A DNA stretch of 54,199 nucleotides from IMG/VR virus record IMGVR_UViG_3300033080_000004, positions 1 through 54,199 of that record, one strand, 5' to 3'. How positions within the stretch are numbered: position 1 is the first letter of the stretch; each line of letters opens with the position of its first letter. The position numbers and the translations under genes are program-made. The notes beneath the pieces were generated by a model, which was given only the letters and a program-made list of their open reading frames with translations, made no database searches and was not told where the DNA came from. Positions 9,946-19,962 of this stretch are shown one piece after another. Source of the stretch: a virus. Its lineage: Duplodnaviria > Caudoviricetes.

Positions 9946-10364
9946 TTGAAGATAAAGGCACTGACTGGAATGATATCTATTACACGATCGCTTTATCGCC
10001 ACTGAATTGCGATCGGTTTAGTGCTGACAATTTTATTTATCAGCCACTACCTTTGGTTCTAGATACGATTAAAGCTATTAGCGATCACTATCAGCTTGAC
10101 GTAAACATGCGATCGTTCTCTGTGGCAAGAATGGGTACAACTGTTGCCAATATGTTTGCAGACGCTAAAACGTCTCAGGATAAGTTAGCTAAACCTCAAG
10201 ACTTCCTGCCGTTTAAGGTTAAGTCTAATGAGGTTTTAGGTAACAAGATGACTGAGGCCACGGCGATCGTGCTTAAAAAACTGATTAAGTCGGGCGTAAT
10301 TCCGATGCGCATTAATCTGGCGATCGCGCGCGATTTAATACCGTTTAAGCATGTTAAGGTTTAA
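9337..10364 (+). CDS. tail assembly chaperone, -1 frameshift product (G-T-like)
   Basis: The -1 frame is open from the slippery site (KASPSITAIERNCRRIIEDKGTDWNDIYY...) through the 10053-10364 ORF. Confidence 0.75.
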
Positions 10365-10558
10365 GTGCGGCTGGTATTTATTTCGCCGTAGGTTGTAAAT
10401 ACTACTTTATCATCACCTGAATACTCAGTGATTATTACCTTTTTAGCCTTATTTTTTTTAGCTGGCATGTCGCGGTGATCGTAGTATCTAGCAATAGAAT
10501 AATCCCCGCCATTAGGAGTAGGAGAGTTTATTCTTTCTTCGGTTCCATTATCCTGCAT
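10361..10558 (-). CDS. small protein coupled to the zincin gene (candidate partner or immunity protein)
   Basis: Start overlaps the end of 10548-11795; TPNGGDYS motif. Confidence 0.65.
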   Translation of the reverse strand: MQDNGTEERINSPTPNGGDYSIARYYDHRDMPAKKNKAKKVIITEYSGDDKVVFTTYGEINTSRT

Positions 10559-11795
10559 AGTTTTTATCCTTGATTAATTTTTTAATAACCTCAAATCTTT
10601 GAGGGGCGCTACGCTTTAAATCTGCAGGACTGGCTATATAGGCGGCTACAGCTTCTGCGAAATCTTCAGATAGTGACTTAGTTCCATATAAAGATACTGG
10701 TGGCTCCGATGACGGAATTTTAGCAAACTCCGAGTTTGGTGACGGATGAGTAGAATTATACCGCGCCTTTGCCAAATTATGCCCCATTTCATGCGCTATC
10801 ATGTAGCTATCGGCACCGCGACCACTATAAACAACTATCCTACCATCACCTCCAGTAGCCCCAGACTTAAAGTTCGGCATTCTGTACATTTTTTCCCAGT
10901 ATGCATCATTATTATTTGATTGCTTTGTAAAAATAATTTCTTTTGTATGCCTTGTTAATTCATTGGGTAAATTGCGATCAAGAATACTGTTAATGGTAGC
11001 AATTACAGGATCGTCAGGGCTTTTTAGTCTAGGAAATCTATATTTAATGCCACCAAATGTTACTGATTCTAAGGTTTCGTATGTTCTCATTCCGTGCGCA
11101 ATAGCAGGTTGTTTATTTTTGTCTCGATTATTTTTTACCCAATCATAAACTGCTGATTTTCTGTCGTCCCAGTCTTTAGACTTTAATAACCGAGCTTTTA
11201 ATTCCTTAAACGCCAATTGATCAGCCCTAGCCCTTTTCAACTCTAATATCTTGGCTTTTTTTGCCTCTAATTCTAGTGCCTTAGTTTTTTTTAACTCTTT
11301 GGCTTTCTTTAGTTCTAGTTCTAACGCCTTAGCTTTTTTTAGTTGCAATCTCTTGGCAATTACATTACCGCCCACCAATCTTTTTTGTTTGGATTTTTTC
11401 CCCTGAACAATATCCCATAAAGCATTACGACGCTTTTCTTTAAGATCAAATTCTTTGGTTTTATCCGCTAAATTTTGCTCTGCTTGTTTAAGTTCGGCTT
11501 CACTTATTCTTCCTTTTTTAAACTCGTGTTTTGCTATATCTAAGCTTTCTGACGCGCGTTGTCTTTCGTTAGCTATTTTGGTATAAGATCTAAGGTTTTC
11601 GTTCTCCAACGAACTCATTGCTTTTTTAGGATCTTTAGGCAATACATTTTTAGCCTTGCCAATCCGTTTTGAAACCGCCGCTTTGTAATCAACACCGCCT
11701 TTCTTCATAAACTTGCCAGCGTTCGGATGCCCCTTGGGATATCGCGGGTGCATTATGGCATTGAATTTAGCCTTGGTTTTGGGTGATAATGCCAT
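10548..11795 (-). CDS. HPRYPKGHP-tag protein 3 with C-terminal zincin metallopeptidase-like domain
   Basis: HEMGH plus downstream SLYG...EDFAE and P.RF motifs. Confidence 0.8.
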   Translation of the reverse strand: MALSPKTKAKFNAIMHPRYPKGHPNAGKFMKKGGVDYKAAVSKRIGKAKNVLPKDPKKAMSSLENENLRSYTKIANERQRASESLDIAKHEFKKGRISEAELKQAEQNLADKTKEFDLKEKRRNALWDIVQGKKSKQKRLVGGNVIAKRLQLKKAKALELELKKAKELKKTKALELEAKKAKILELKRARADQLAFKELKARLLKSKDWDDRKSAVYDWVKNNRDKNKQPAIAHGMRTYETLESVTFGGIKYRFPRLKSPDDPVIATINSILDRNLPNELTRHTKEIIFTKQSNNNDAYWEKMYRMPNFKSGATGGDGRIVVYSGRGADSYMIAHEMGHNLAKARYNSTHPSPNSEFAKIPSSEPPVSLYGTKSLSEDFAEAVAAYIASPADLKRSAPQRFEVIKKLIKDKNYAG

Positions 11796-11832
11796 GAGAT
11801 TTACTGATGAGCGTGTCTTGATTGTATCTTAA

Positions 11833-12186
11833 TTAATTGGCGTCCAACCCTAGCGCGATCGCGGTATCAGGATCAGACTCCTGTGCTAGTCTGGTTAACT
11901 CAACAACCCAGTTATCGTCATTTTCTACGATCTCAACAATTTCATCTTCATCAAGATTGTAGAAAACATCTAAAAATTTAACGCAGGGAATATCAGTGTC
12001 GGTTAATTCAGCGGCTCTAAATCTATGAGATCCAGTCATTAGCTTATCATCAAACACAACTAAGGGCGATCTAACCCATCCGTTAATAGTCATGGACTCT
12101 GTTAATTCAGCAAGCTTTTCTCTTTCAAAAGCTTCGTGATAGGGGTATAGTTCATAAGCTTTGCGGGTTTCGGTTTGGTAGGTCAT
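11833..12186 (-). CDS. ParB/sulfiredoxin-like domain protein
   Basis: L..SM..NGW..PLVV....LMTGSHRFRAA. Confidence 0.75.
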   Translation of the reverse strand: MTYQTETRKAYELYPYHEAFEREKLAELTESMTINGWVRSPLVVFDDKLMTGSHRFRAAELTDTDIPCVKFLDVFYNLDEDEIVEIVENDDNWVVELTRLAQESDPDTAIALGLDAN

Positions 12187-12436
12187 GGCATGTTTGTTTT
12201 TTGTGATTGATTACTTCTTATATTATTTGATTTAATTCTATTTGTCAACACCCTGTCGCTAAAAAATTTTTGATTGGCTGGTATACTAGGCGTATCCATA
12301 TATACTGAGCGATCGCCCCACTCTTCAACGGGCGATTGCTCTTTCCTGTGTCAAGCACAGTACGTCAAATTCACGCATTGTTACTTGACTCATTACACCT
12401 GCTTTGTGTAAACCGAGGGCTGTTTCGTGAACAGCT

Positions 12437-13156
12437 TTAAGAATTTTTGATTTTTTCATCGCAATTTACTTGATTATTGTAATCTGTTAGTATCTTTGCT
12501 ACATTGCCTAATTGATCCTTGCTTAGTTGATACACATATACCTGACTGCCTTTAACCCAAGCTCTCGACTGTCTTGTTTGATTTGACTGACTCCGCAAAC
12601 CCAAACGATTTAACAACATGCCAATGACAGCACAATCAGCCATTGTTTTGCGTGGGTAAAACCCAAACACTGACTTAACGTCTTTTGCGTGAGCTTTGAT
12701 TTTAGTGGAGATCAAATGAACCATTGAGTTGTTTTTATCCCACTTTCCGCCACCAAGTGCATACTCTAAAAACGGGTAAAATTCTAACTCCTTAAATAAA
12801 TTTCTTTTAACTTCATTGTCCCTAAAATCGCAAACAGTAGGCGTTTGTATAAAACTACCGCCTGTTTTACTATTTAGCGGGGGATCAAACCAGTTAATCA
12901 GTGCAGATTCAACTGATGGCAACAAATCGGCATCCATAAATAGATAGGCAATTCTGATACTACCTATATCGTTCAAGGAATTGAACTTATGATGATTACC
13001 CCATCTAGTTTTAGGGTTTTGCGATCGCCCAATATACTGAATACCTCCAATTAAATCAATCGCAAAGTAAATTGCGGGCTGATTGGGAAATGCGTTTTTA
13101 GATTCCAATGGAAGCCAAGGGAGTGAATTTATGTCTATATCTTGAGGATTAATCAT
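12437..13156 (-). CDS. GIY-YIG domain protein
   Basis: AIYF...IQYIGRSQNPKTRW..HH and E..LI...PPLN; ATG at 13156 preferred. Confidence 0.75.
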   Translation of the reverse strand: MINPQDIDINSLPWLPLESKNAFPNQPAIYFAIDLIGGIQYIGRSQNPKTRWGNHHKFNSLNDIGSIRIAYLFMDADLLPSVESALINWFDPPLNSKTGGSFIQTPTVCDFRDNEVKRNLFKELEFYPFLEYALGGGKWDKNNSMVHLISTKIKAHAKDVKSVFGFYPRKTMADCAVIGMLLNRLGLRSQSNQTRQSRAWVKGSQVYVYQLSKDQLGNVAKILTDYNNQVNCDEKIKNS

Positions 13157-13174
13157 GATTTTGGTGGCCGATCT

Positions 13175-13217
13175 GCAATCAACATGTAATATTAATCTAA
13201 TATTACATGTTGATTGC
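13175..13217. repeat. perfect 20-bp inverted repeat, 3-nt spacer
   Basis: GCAATCAACATGTAATATTA-atc-TAATATTACATGTTGATTGC. Confidence 0.9.
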
Positions 13218-13323
13218 CTAATTGTCACCATTTAAAAAATAAGGGCTAAAATGTATGAAAGAGTCTACGATCCGAGCGCAAGAAAGATTGTTGGGTTAAT
13301 TTTACGCCTTAACACCATTTATA

Positions 13324-16300
13324 CTATCTCTGATTCAGGATACCGCCTGGCCTTTGCTCTTTAATAATCACGCCACGCACTGACTGCTCTAGCTCAGCGC
13401 CAAGTAATCTCGCGGTATTTTGATCGTCCTTACTATTGCCACCTTGCACTGTAACAGGCACGTTAACCGTAAAGCCGCCACTAGACTGAGTTGACATGTT
13501 GACCCCGCCGCCAACTGTGCCGCCATCAGCATAAGTTGGGATGCCGTTGGGGTACATTCTTCTATATGCCATCGCTTCCCTGATTGGTAGCACCTCTTCG
13601 CCAACTGACGCGGCGATTAACATGGCTTGACTGCCAGACTGAGCGGATTCGCGCCTTAGTGATTCAGATATGCCTTTACTGGTTAATGCTGATAGGTCAA
13701 ACATCTTACCTCGTATTTCACCACCGCCAGCGAAGCCAAGCCCAGCAGGAATAGCGGTGCCGAAGCTTAAGCCGCCTCCACCACCACTAAAAAAGCTATC
13801 AGTAAAACTACTAAATCCGCCAAATCCGCCGCCAAACGCACCGCTAAATACATCGCCACCAAAGCTAAGTCCGCCACTACCGCCAAATCCAAGATTGCCT
13901 AGCCCACCAAGTAATCCACCGCCGCCTTGACCACCTAATAGGCTACGCCCTAAACCATGAATATCGCCACTTAAATAAACAGTGCCAGCGGTAATAATCG
14001 CTTGCTGCGCATTGATTGCTTGATTCAATGCTGACGCGGCACTTTCGACGCTAGGTAATCCAAACAGGTCAGATATACCGCTAAATAGGCCGCCACCGCC
14101 AGTTTTAATGTTGCCAAACTGATCAGCATTGCCAGAGGTGCTAAATAATCCACCACTAAGCTGATCGCCTAAAGTTAACGAGCTATCACCTAAGCTAACA
14201 TCACCTCTAGGGGTTGCCCCGAATGCAAAGGCAGATTTAACAAGGCTTAATGGATCTGTTCCATCAGATTGATTGTTTTTATCTTTAGGGAATATCGACT
14301 CAAACAATTGATTAGTCAAGAAGTTTGAAGCCATGTCCGCTAATTTCTTAGCGATCTGATTTAGTAAATTACCAACCAATCCAAGTACATCCTTAAATGA
14401 GTTAACGTTCATGATGCCTTCGCTAAACGTGCTAGCAAAACCACCTTTAAGCGACTCAATCGTAGTTCTAAGGGTATCCGTTTGTTCGGTTACATTCGTA
14501 ATATCGAACGCTAACTTAGCTTGAATCTGCGACTCAGCGCCTAATGCCCGTTCTTCCTTGGTTAAAGCTAAGATTTCTTGTCTTGCTTTTGACTGAAGCT
14601 CCATAATCTTCAATCGCCGTTCTTCTAGGTCAATTAATTGTAAAGACTCATAAGAACTTACGGTAGAACGATTGCGATCATTCTGGCCGGATTCGAGAGC
14701 GATCGCGCGATTAAATATACCGCCAGTAGCGGCTGTGGTACGTTCAGCGACTTTTAGCGCGGCGGCTTGATCTTCTTTTAGTCGCAACGCTTTAATTTTA
14801 TCTGTTTGGTTTTCGTACTCCAGTCCAACAGAGTTTAATGCTCTTTGTAGTTTTTCATACTTATCAGTTAAAGCATTTATTTTATCAGGATCGTTAGTAT
14901 TTGCCTTAAGTTCAAGTTCAACTTGCTGTAATTGTTGCTGAATACCTAAATACTGTGCCGTGAACTGATTTAATCTTTGCTGATCCTCAATCTGCCTATT
15001 TAATAACCTCAGGAGATCTTCATTTTCTGGAATGTCTGTTAACTTGGATTTCTGTAATTCAAGCGCAAGAACTTTTAACTCACCACTGTTTTTTGAGTTA
15101 TCACTTTCACGATCATATTTATTACCAGCATATCGACTGTTATCTTTAAATCTATCGCCCTGATCTTGCTTTGTTAACGAAATCAGTAAATCGTTAGATA
15201 TTAATTTGCGTTTAGACTGAAGTTCATCGTATGCAACCTGCGATTCATTGGCTAAATCATTTAATCGCTTAACCGCGTTTTGAGACGCCAAATCAGACTG
15301 ACCAGAAATTAGCGGATTGGGCTTACCATCCGGTGTATATGTTTGTTTTGGTAGCGATGGCTGCTCTTTACGAATTTTAGCAGCTTCATCGTCTCTTGCT
15401 TGTTGCTCTTTTTGGTATTTAAGCTCAAGATCTTTTAATTCTTTTGCGCTGGTGATTCGCGCTTTAGCTTGTTCTAATGCGCGTTGGCTCTCAACCGTGG
15501 GGGCGGCGCCGTTATTTGCGGGATTGGTGGGCTGCCCTATTTGGCTTATCAGCTCTTGAGCAAGTTTTGGGCGAAAACCAAAAAAGCGGTTTTCGCTGGC
15601 ATTTCTTTGGATATCCCCCGCCTTGACAGGTTCAGATGTGCCCCTAAATTCAAGCGCGCCTTTCGTAAATTTCAGCGATTCAATCAAGCGATCGCCACTC
15701 AAAAAGTCGTTTAAGGTTTGCTCATAGACTGCAACACCTTTATTCTTTTTGCCAAATTCAGGATCGCTGATTTGCGCTCTCGTATAACCATTATTAGCGG
15801 TAAACTGATCTTTTTGTTTTGCGAGTTCAGCTAAGTTTGTAGCACCATACGCAAGACTCGCACGACGATTTAAGAGAGTAGCGATAACATCTTGTCTACC
15901 CTCTCTTGTTGGAGCCTCACCGATTGCCGTGAATACCGCCGCTGCTATTTCTTCTTTAGAAAGTTTTAAGGCGGCTATACCTCCACCAGATCCTTGTCCA
16001 GAATAATTGGTATTACTGGCTTTAGACGCTATTTTGGCAAGATGTCCAACCCAAGTATTTCCACTAGGCAGCACCCCATTAATACCACCTCTATCATTTG
16101 GAGTGTTACGAATATCGGATAGAGGTACAGGTACTTTTGTACCCGCTGGTACAAAAACATCAACAGATCGCCCATCGCCAGAATGATTATGAGCTTTCCT
16201 TGCCATCTCTACGGCTTTTTGGATTTCTGTATCAGACGCGTTGGAGGGGATATCACCATATCCGTTTACATTTACGGGTATGCCTTGTGTTAATAACTTT

Positions 16301-18780
16301 TTAATAACATCCGATACATCCTTTATTAAATCCGCAGCCGTTGTATTGCTTTGAAAATGGCCATGCACCCATCCTGGCGCGTTACTGACATTGCCTGTAG
16401 CACCAAAAGTAGCCAACGCACCGACGTCCGTAACTTTAGAGCTAGTTCCAGTGGTCGTAACTCCACTTAATTGTTGCTGATACTGTTTAAGCAACAGTTC
16501 ATCTTGAGTAATTTGTTGTTGTAATAAGGCATTAGATCGCTGTGACTGAATCTTACGAGCCTCAGCTAGATCGCCATCAGATGCGGGTGGCGCAGTTTGA
16601 ATAGTAGTAACGGTATTAGGATCTATACTTGGTTTTGTATTAGGATCACCATACTTAGCTCTTGATACCCTATCAGCTTTACGATTACCAAGGCGAGTTC
16701 TTGAGTCAATCAAATCATCTTGCAACTGCTTCAATAACGCCCTTGCATCAGCTAATTCGTCTTGATACCCATCCTTATTTAAGTCTTTTAGGACTTCTTC
16801 TGGAGATTGAATGATCCCCTGTAGTAACAACTCTCTAGATTTCTTTCTAGGCTGATCCTCAAGATCTTTAACAAACCTTTCTTGTTTTTTAAGTTCCTTT
16901 TCTTGGTTTTTAACTTCTCGCGCGGCAATGCGATCGCCTAGTTCAGTATCCTTTTGTAAGGCTGCGTCAAATTCGCTTTTAAAAGATTTAGCTGCTGATG
17001 ACGCTTCCTGTAGTCTAGAAATCATCATCGCTATACCAGTAATCACCAAAGCAAAACCTACTTTACCGATAAGGCCTAAAGCAATTTCCGTGGCTTTAGC
17101 CGCCGCTGCGGTGCTATACAGGCTCTGACTTAGTAATACAAAGTATGGAATAATCCTAGTAGAAATCAGCGCTATTAGCGATCCGAATGCGACCCTAATA
17201 ATCGCAAACAAAGCGGGTATAACCTGAGTATTAATGATTATGGCCATTAAGGTAAACTGCACGATCGATTGGCCGATACTCGCGCTTAAAATACCACCAA
17301 ATACATTGGTAATAGCCAATCCAATCTCAGTAATTAACTTAGCGATCAGTCCTAGTGACGGCAGCAGGTCTTTAAACGCACCCAATCCAGAGTCACCCAA
17401 TCCAGAGAATACTCTGCCAACAGATACAGCGAGTTCTTTAATAAACGGTAACGCCTCTTGAAAAGCTTGAGCTAACGGAGTAGCAATAAATTGAGATATT
17501 TTTGCCCCGATCTCTTCAAGAATGGGAGGGATCTGGCTTGATGCTTTAACAAGTTCATCAACAAACTTCTGGACTGATGCGGTAAATGGCTTGCTAGCGT
17601 CTTTTGGATTAGAATCAATCAATTTGCCAGCCAAATCATTAAGGGCATCATTTAAAGCCTTTTCAAGTGGCTTACCTACCACCTCACCGATTCTGTCTTG
17701 AACTTCTTTAAGGTTAGAAGTTACACCAGGGAGTGTAGTTGTTTGCTCTTTCTGAGAAGCGATACTAGGCGCAAGTTTCTCAAGCAGAAAATTGATCGCA
17801 TTCCCTTTGTTTTTTTCTCTGGCAATATCAGAGTTTTGTAGCCCGTTTAAGTTAAGTGCAAGCCTTGAATTACGATCAATAGTCCCATCAGCGATACTTC
17901 TGATTTCTTGGTTGGCCTGAAATAATGGAATTTTATTTGTGACAAACCCTGCCGCAAACGCTTCGGTTAACCTTGGAATATCCTTAGCCGTTCCACCTAA
18001 TTTACCTACGTTCTGTGCGACGATACTGGCTAAATCAATTAATTCGTTACTAGTAACACCCGCAATTCTTAGTGATATTGCTCTGATTTGATCAACGACA
18101 TTTTTAACAACCGGATCAAGCGCATCTAACTTGCTTTGAACATCAGTAATTTTTTTATTGCCAACATACACATCACTAGAACCAGCAATAATTGCCTTAG
18201 TGCTAATCATTGTTTGTTGTAGCTGTACATTAGATTGAATTAATGCGGCATATCCAGCGTTTGCAACACTAAATAATGACTGAAACGCAAACTGTGCGGT
18301 GTAAATAGATGCGGCAAGCCTACCAATACCGCCAAACAGTCCAGTTATGGCATTATTAACACGCCCCTGACCTGACGTAATCCCGATCGCTAGACCTTCA
18401 GATATAAACCGCCCAATTTCTTCAAATACTTTAGATGGCGATTGAATCCCTAATCGCTTCTTAGCCGTGGCAATAACTCCCGTTGCCATTTCATTGACTG
18501 CGGCTTGATGTCTTGACGATCCGCTGCGTATACCTGATGCCAGTCCTTCGCTAATCTGCGATCCAACCGTTGCCATTTGTGACACGGTTTTACTGAGTTG
18601 CGGCGCTAGTTTATTAAGCTCTGCTACTGTGGAGGCGATCGCGATGTTAGCTGCGTTAAAGTTGCGAGTGATATCGGCTGCAACGGCATTGGCGCTAGTT
18701 CTGGCGCTTTGTAAACCAACATCATACTGCGATGAGTCGGTTTTTAAAAATAGAATTAAATCGCCTAGCTTTTGAGCCAT
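13324..18780 (-). CDS. tail tape measure protein with M23-like and SleB-like peptidoglycan hydrolase domains
   Basis: About 1818 aa, helical, with LGIQSPSKVF...G..I.EGLA.G, FAGGG/YADGG, C-terminal EQRPGG.L, and the SleB motif GEA...G...V....LNR...QF; ATG at 18780 preferred. Confidence 0.92.
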   Translation of the reverse strand: MAQKLGDLILFLKTDSSQYDVGLQSARTSANAVAADITRNFNAANIAIASTVAELNKLAPQLSKTVSQMATVGSQISEGLASGIRSGSSRHQAAVNEMATGVIATAKKRLGIQSPSKVFEEIGRFISEGLAIGITSGQGRVNNAITGLFGGIGRLAASIYTAQFAFQSLFSVANAGYAALIQSNVQLQQTMISTKAIIAGSSDVYVGNKKITDVQSKLDALDPVVKNVVDQIRAISLRIAGVTSNELIDLASIVAQNVGKLGGTAKDIPRLTEAFAAGFVTNKIPLFQANQEIRSIADGTIDRNSRLALNLNGLQNSDIAREKNKGNAINFLLEKLAPSIASQKEQTTTLPGVTSNLKEVQDRIGEVVGKPLEKALNDALNDLAGKLIDSNPKDASKPFTASVQKFVDELVKASSQIPPILEEIGAKISQFIATPLAQAFQEALPFIKELAVSVGRVFSGLGDSGLGAFKDLLPSLGLIAKLITEIGLAITNVFGGILSASIGQSIVQFTLMAIIINTQVIPALFAIIRVAFGSLIALISTRIIPYFVLLSQSLYSTAAAAKATEIALGLIGKVGFALVITGIAMMISRLQEASSAAKSFKSEFDAALQKDTELGDRIAAREVKNQEKELKKQERFVKDLEDQPRKKSRELLLQGIIQSPEEVLKDLNKDGYQDELADARALLKQLQDDLIDSRTRLGNRKADRVSRAKYGDPNTKPSIDPNTVTTIQTAPPASDGDLAEARKIQSQRSNALLQQQITQDELLLKQYQQQLSGVTTTGTSSKVTDVGALATFGATGNVSNAPGWVHGHFQSNTTAADLIKDVSDVIKKLLTQGIPVNVNGYGDIPSNASDTEIQKAVEMARKAHNHSGDGRSVDVFVPAGTKVPVPLSDIRNTPNDRGGINGVLPSGNTWVGHLAKIASKASNTNYSGQGSGGGIAALKLSKEEIAAAVFTAIGEAPTREGRQDVIATLLNRRASLAYGATNLAELAKQKDQFTANNGYTRAQISDPEFGKKNKGVAVYEQTLNDFLSGDRLIESLKFTKGALEFRGTSEPVKAGDIQRNASENRFFGFRPKLAQELISQIGQPTNPANNGAAPTVESQRALEQAKARITSAKELKDLELKYQKEQQARDDEAAKIRKEQPSLPKQTYTPDGKPNPLISGQSDLASQNAVKRLNDLANESQVAYDELQSKRKLISNDLLISLTKQDQGDRFKDNSRYAGNKYDRESDNSKNSGELKVLALELQKSKLTDIPENEDLLRLLNRQIEDQQRLNQFTAQYLGIQQQLQQVELELKANTNDPDKINALTDKYEKLQRALNSVGLEYENQTDKIKALRLKEDQAAALKVAERTTAATGGIFNRAIALESGQNDRNRSTVSSYESLQLIDLEERRLKIMELQSKARQEILALTKEERALGAESQIQAKLAFDITNVTEQTDTLRTTIESLKGGFASTFSEGIMNVNSFKDVLGLVGNLLNQIAKKLADMASNFLTNQLFESIFPKDKNNQSDGTDPLSLVKSAFAFGATPRGDVSLGDSSLTLGDQLSGGLFSTSGNADQFGNIKTGGGGLFSGISDLFGLPSVESAASALNQAINAQQAIITAGTVYLSGDIHGLGRSLLGGQGGGGLLGGLGNLGFGGSGGLSFGGDVFSGAFGGGFGGFSSFTDSFFSGGGGGLSFGTAIPAGLGFAGGGEIRGKMFDLSALTSKGISESLRRESAQSGSQAMLIAASVGEEVLPIREAMAYRRMYPNGIPTYADGGTVGGGVNMSTQSSGGFTVNVPVTVQGGNSKDDQNTARLLGAELEQSVRGVIIKEQRPGGILNQR

Positions 18781-18832
18781 AAAAATCCCGTGCGGTGTTG
18801 TTAATTCCCGCACGGGATTCGCTATTAGCGAT
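18781..18832 (-). promoter_or_regulatory. conserved structured 5' leader, copy 3
   Basis: AATCGCTAATAGCGAATCCCGTGCGGGAATTAACAACACCGCACGGGATTTTT-ATG on the minus strand. Confidence 0.75.
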
Positions 18833-19256
18833 TTATCAAAGATTTATTCTGCTTTTTACCACCAGTGTCGCAAACATCGGTAAAAAGCTTCACCTGTTAT
18901 ATTTTAGTCTAATGCAGCTTTACTTAAATATCGCACTAAATTGCCGCCGCCATAAGCAAAAGCTAACATCAGATCATTAGGCTTCAGTATTTCTTCTAAC
19001 TCAGCTTCAAAAACACCTGAAGTAAATCCGTAAACAAACTGCTCGCTGATAGTTGTAAAAGTTCTGGACAGTGACGTCATGGCTGCGCTCCAATAACTGG
19101 CTTGCTTTTGTCGAGTGAGATGTTGCGATACTGTTCGCGGGTAACATTGCAACCAATGTATTCTTGATTACGGTACATGGGAGTACCGCCATAGTTTTGG
19201 CAAGCACTGAGTCCGACCATTGTAGCTTGGATGAAAAGTAAAATCATTTTTAATTC

Positions 19257-19496
19257 CTATAAATTATCGTTTGAACATGGACTGTAGCATGGCATCTCGC
19301 CGTTATAGCACTGGAAAATTCCGTCAATCCTACCCTTGCCTAAACCACAAAATTGAACTTTAGTTGGCGCGGTCGGATATGGTGGGTTGTTGCGCTGCCA
19401 GTAATAAACCGAACATTTGAACCCTTTTATTTCGATTAACTCACAGTCAATGTACTCAGTTGTGTGATCAAGATGCTTGCAAGGTGATAACGGCAT
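19257..19496 (-). CDS. Cys-rich hypothetical protein
   Basis: AGGAG RBS, ATG start. Confidence 0.6.
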   Translation of the reverse strand: MPLSPCKHLDHTTEYIDCELIEIKGFKCSVYYWQRNNPPYPTAPTKVQFCGLGKGRIDGIFQCYNGEMPCYSPCSNDNL

Positions 19497-19548
19497 AAAC
19501 TACTCCTGTAAATTAATCATAACGACCGCAAAGCCCAAACTGATCTCG

Positions 19549-19929
19549 TTACCAAATATTCAAGCTAGCGATTAAAGAAGTGGCAATAAACGCGACCAAA
19601 CCACCACTTAAAATATTTAGGTAAGTAGATGACTTTCCTGATATAGTGTCGTCAACCATCAGCACATAATCACCACCGAACGGCTGAACCCATACCTGAT
19701 ATTGTACTGATGATTCAGTTACTGTGCCACCGCTTTTAAATTCTTGTAATGACGGAACTTCCAATGTAATTCCTATTCCGATAACCTGTTTATCGGTATT
19801 AACAATATCGACAACTCTTGAGCAGTCTTTGCGTACCTCTGAACACAAATTTACTGGATAAGTTTTAATGCCTTCTACAAATGGCTGCAATTTCATGTTT
19901 TTTGTAATTAGCGGCGATCGCCAACTCAA
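19549..19929 (-). CDS. hypothetical protein with C-terminal hydrophobic anchor
   Basis: ORF track; likely start at the internal MKLQP. Confidence 0.5.
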   Translation of the reverse strand: MSWRSPLITKNMKLQPFVEGIKTYPVNLCSEVRKDCSRVVDIVNTDKQVIGIGITLEVPSLQEFKSGGTVTESSVQYQVWVQPFGGDYVLMVDDTISGKSSTYLNILSGGLVAFIATSLIASLNIW

Positions 19930-19962
19930 TCGCCGTGATAAACCTAAGTTGGTAGGATGTAA

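Noticed and set aside
13389-17461. ORFs antisense or out of frame within the tape measure (similar ones overlap dnaN and other long genes)
   Set aside because: Shadow ORFs without RBS or recognisable motifs.
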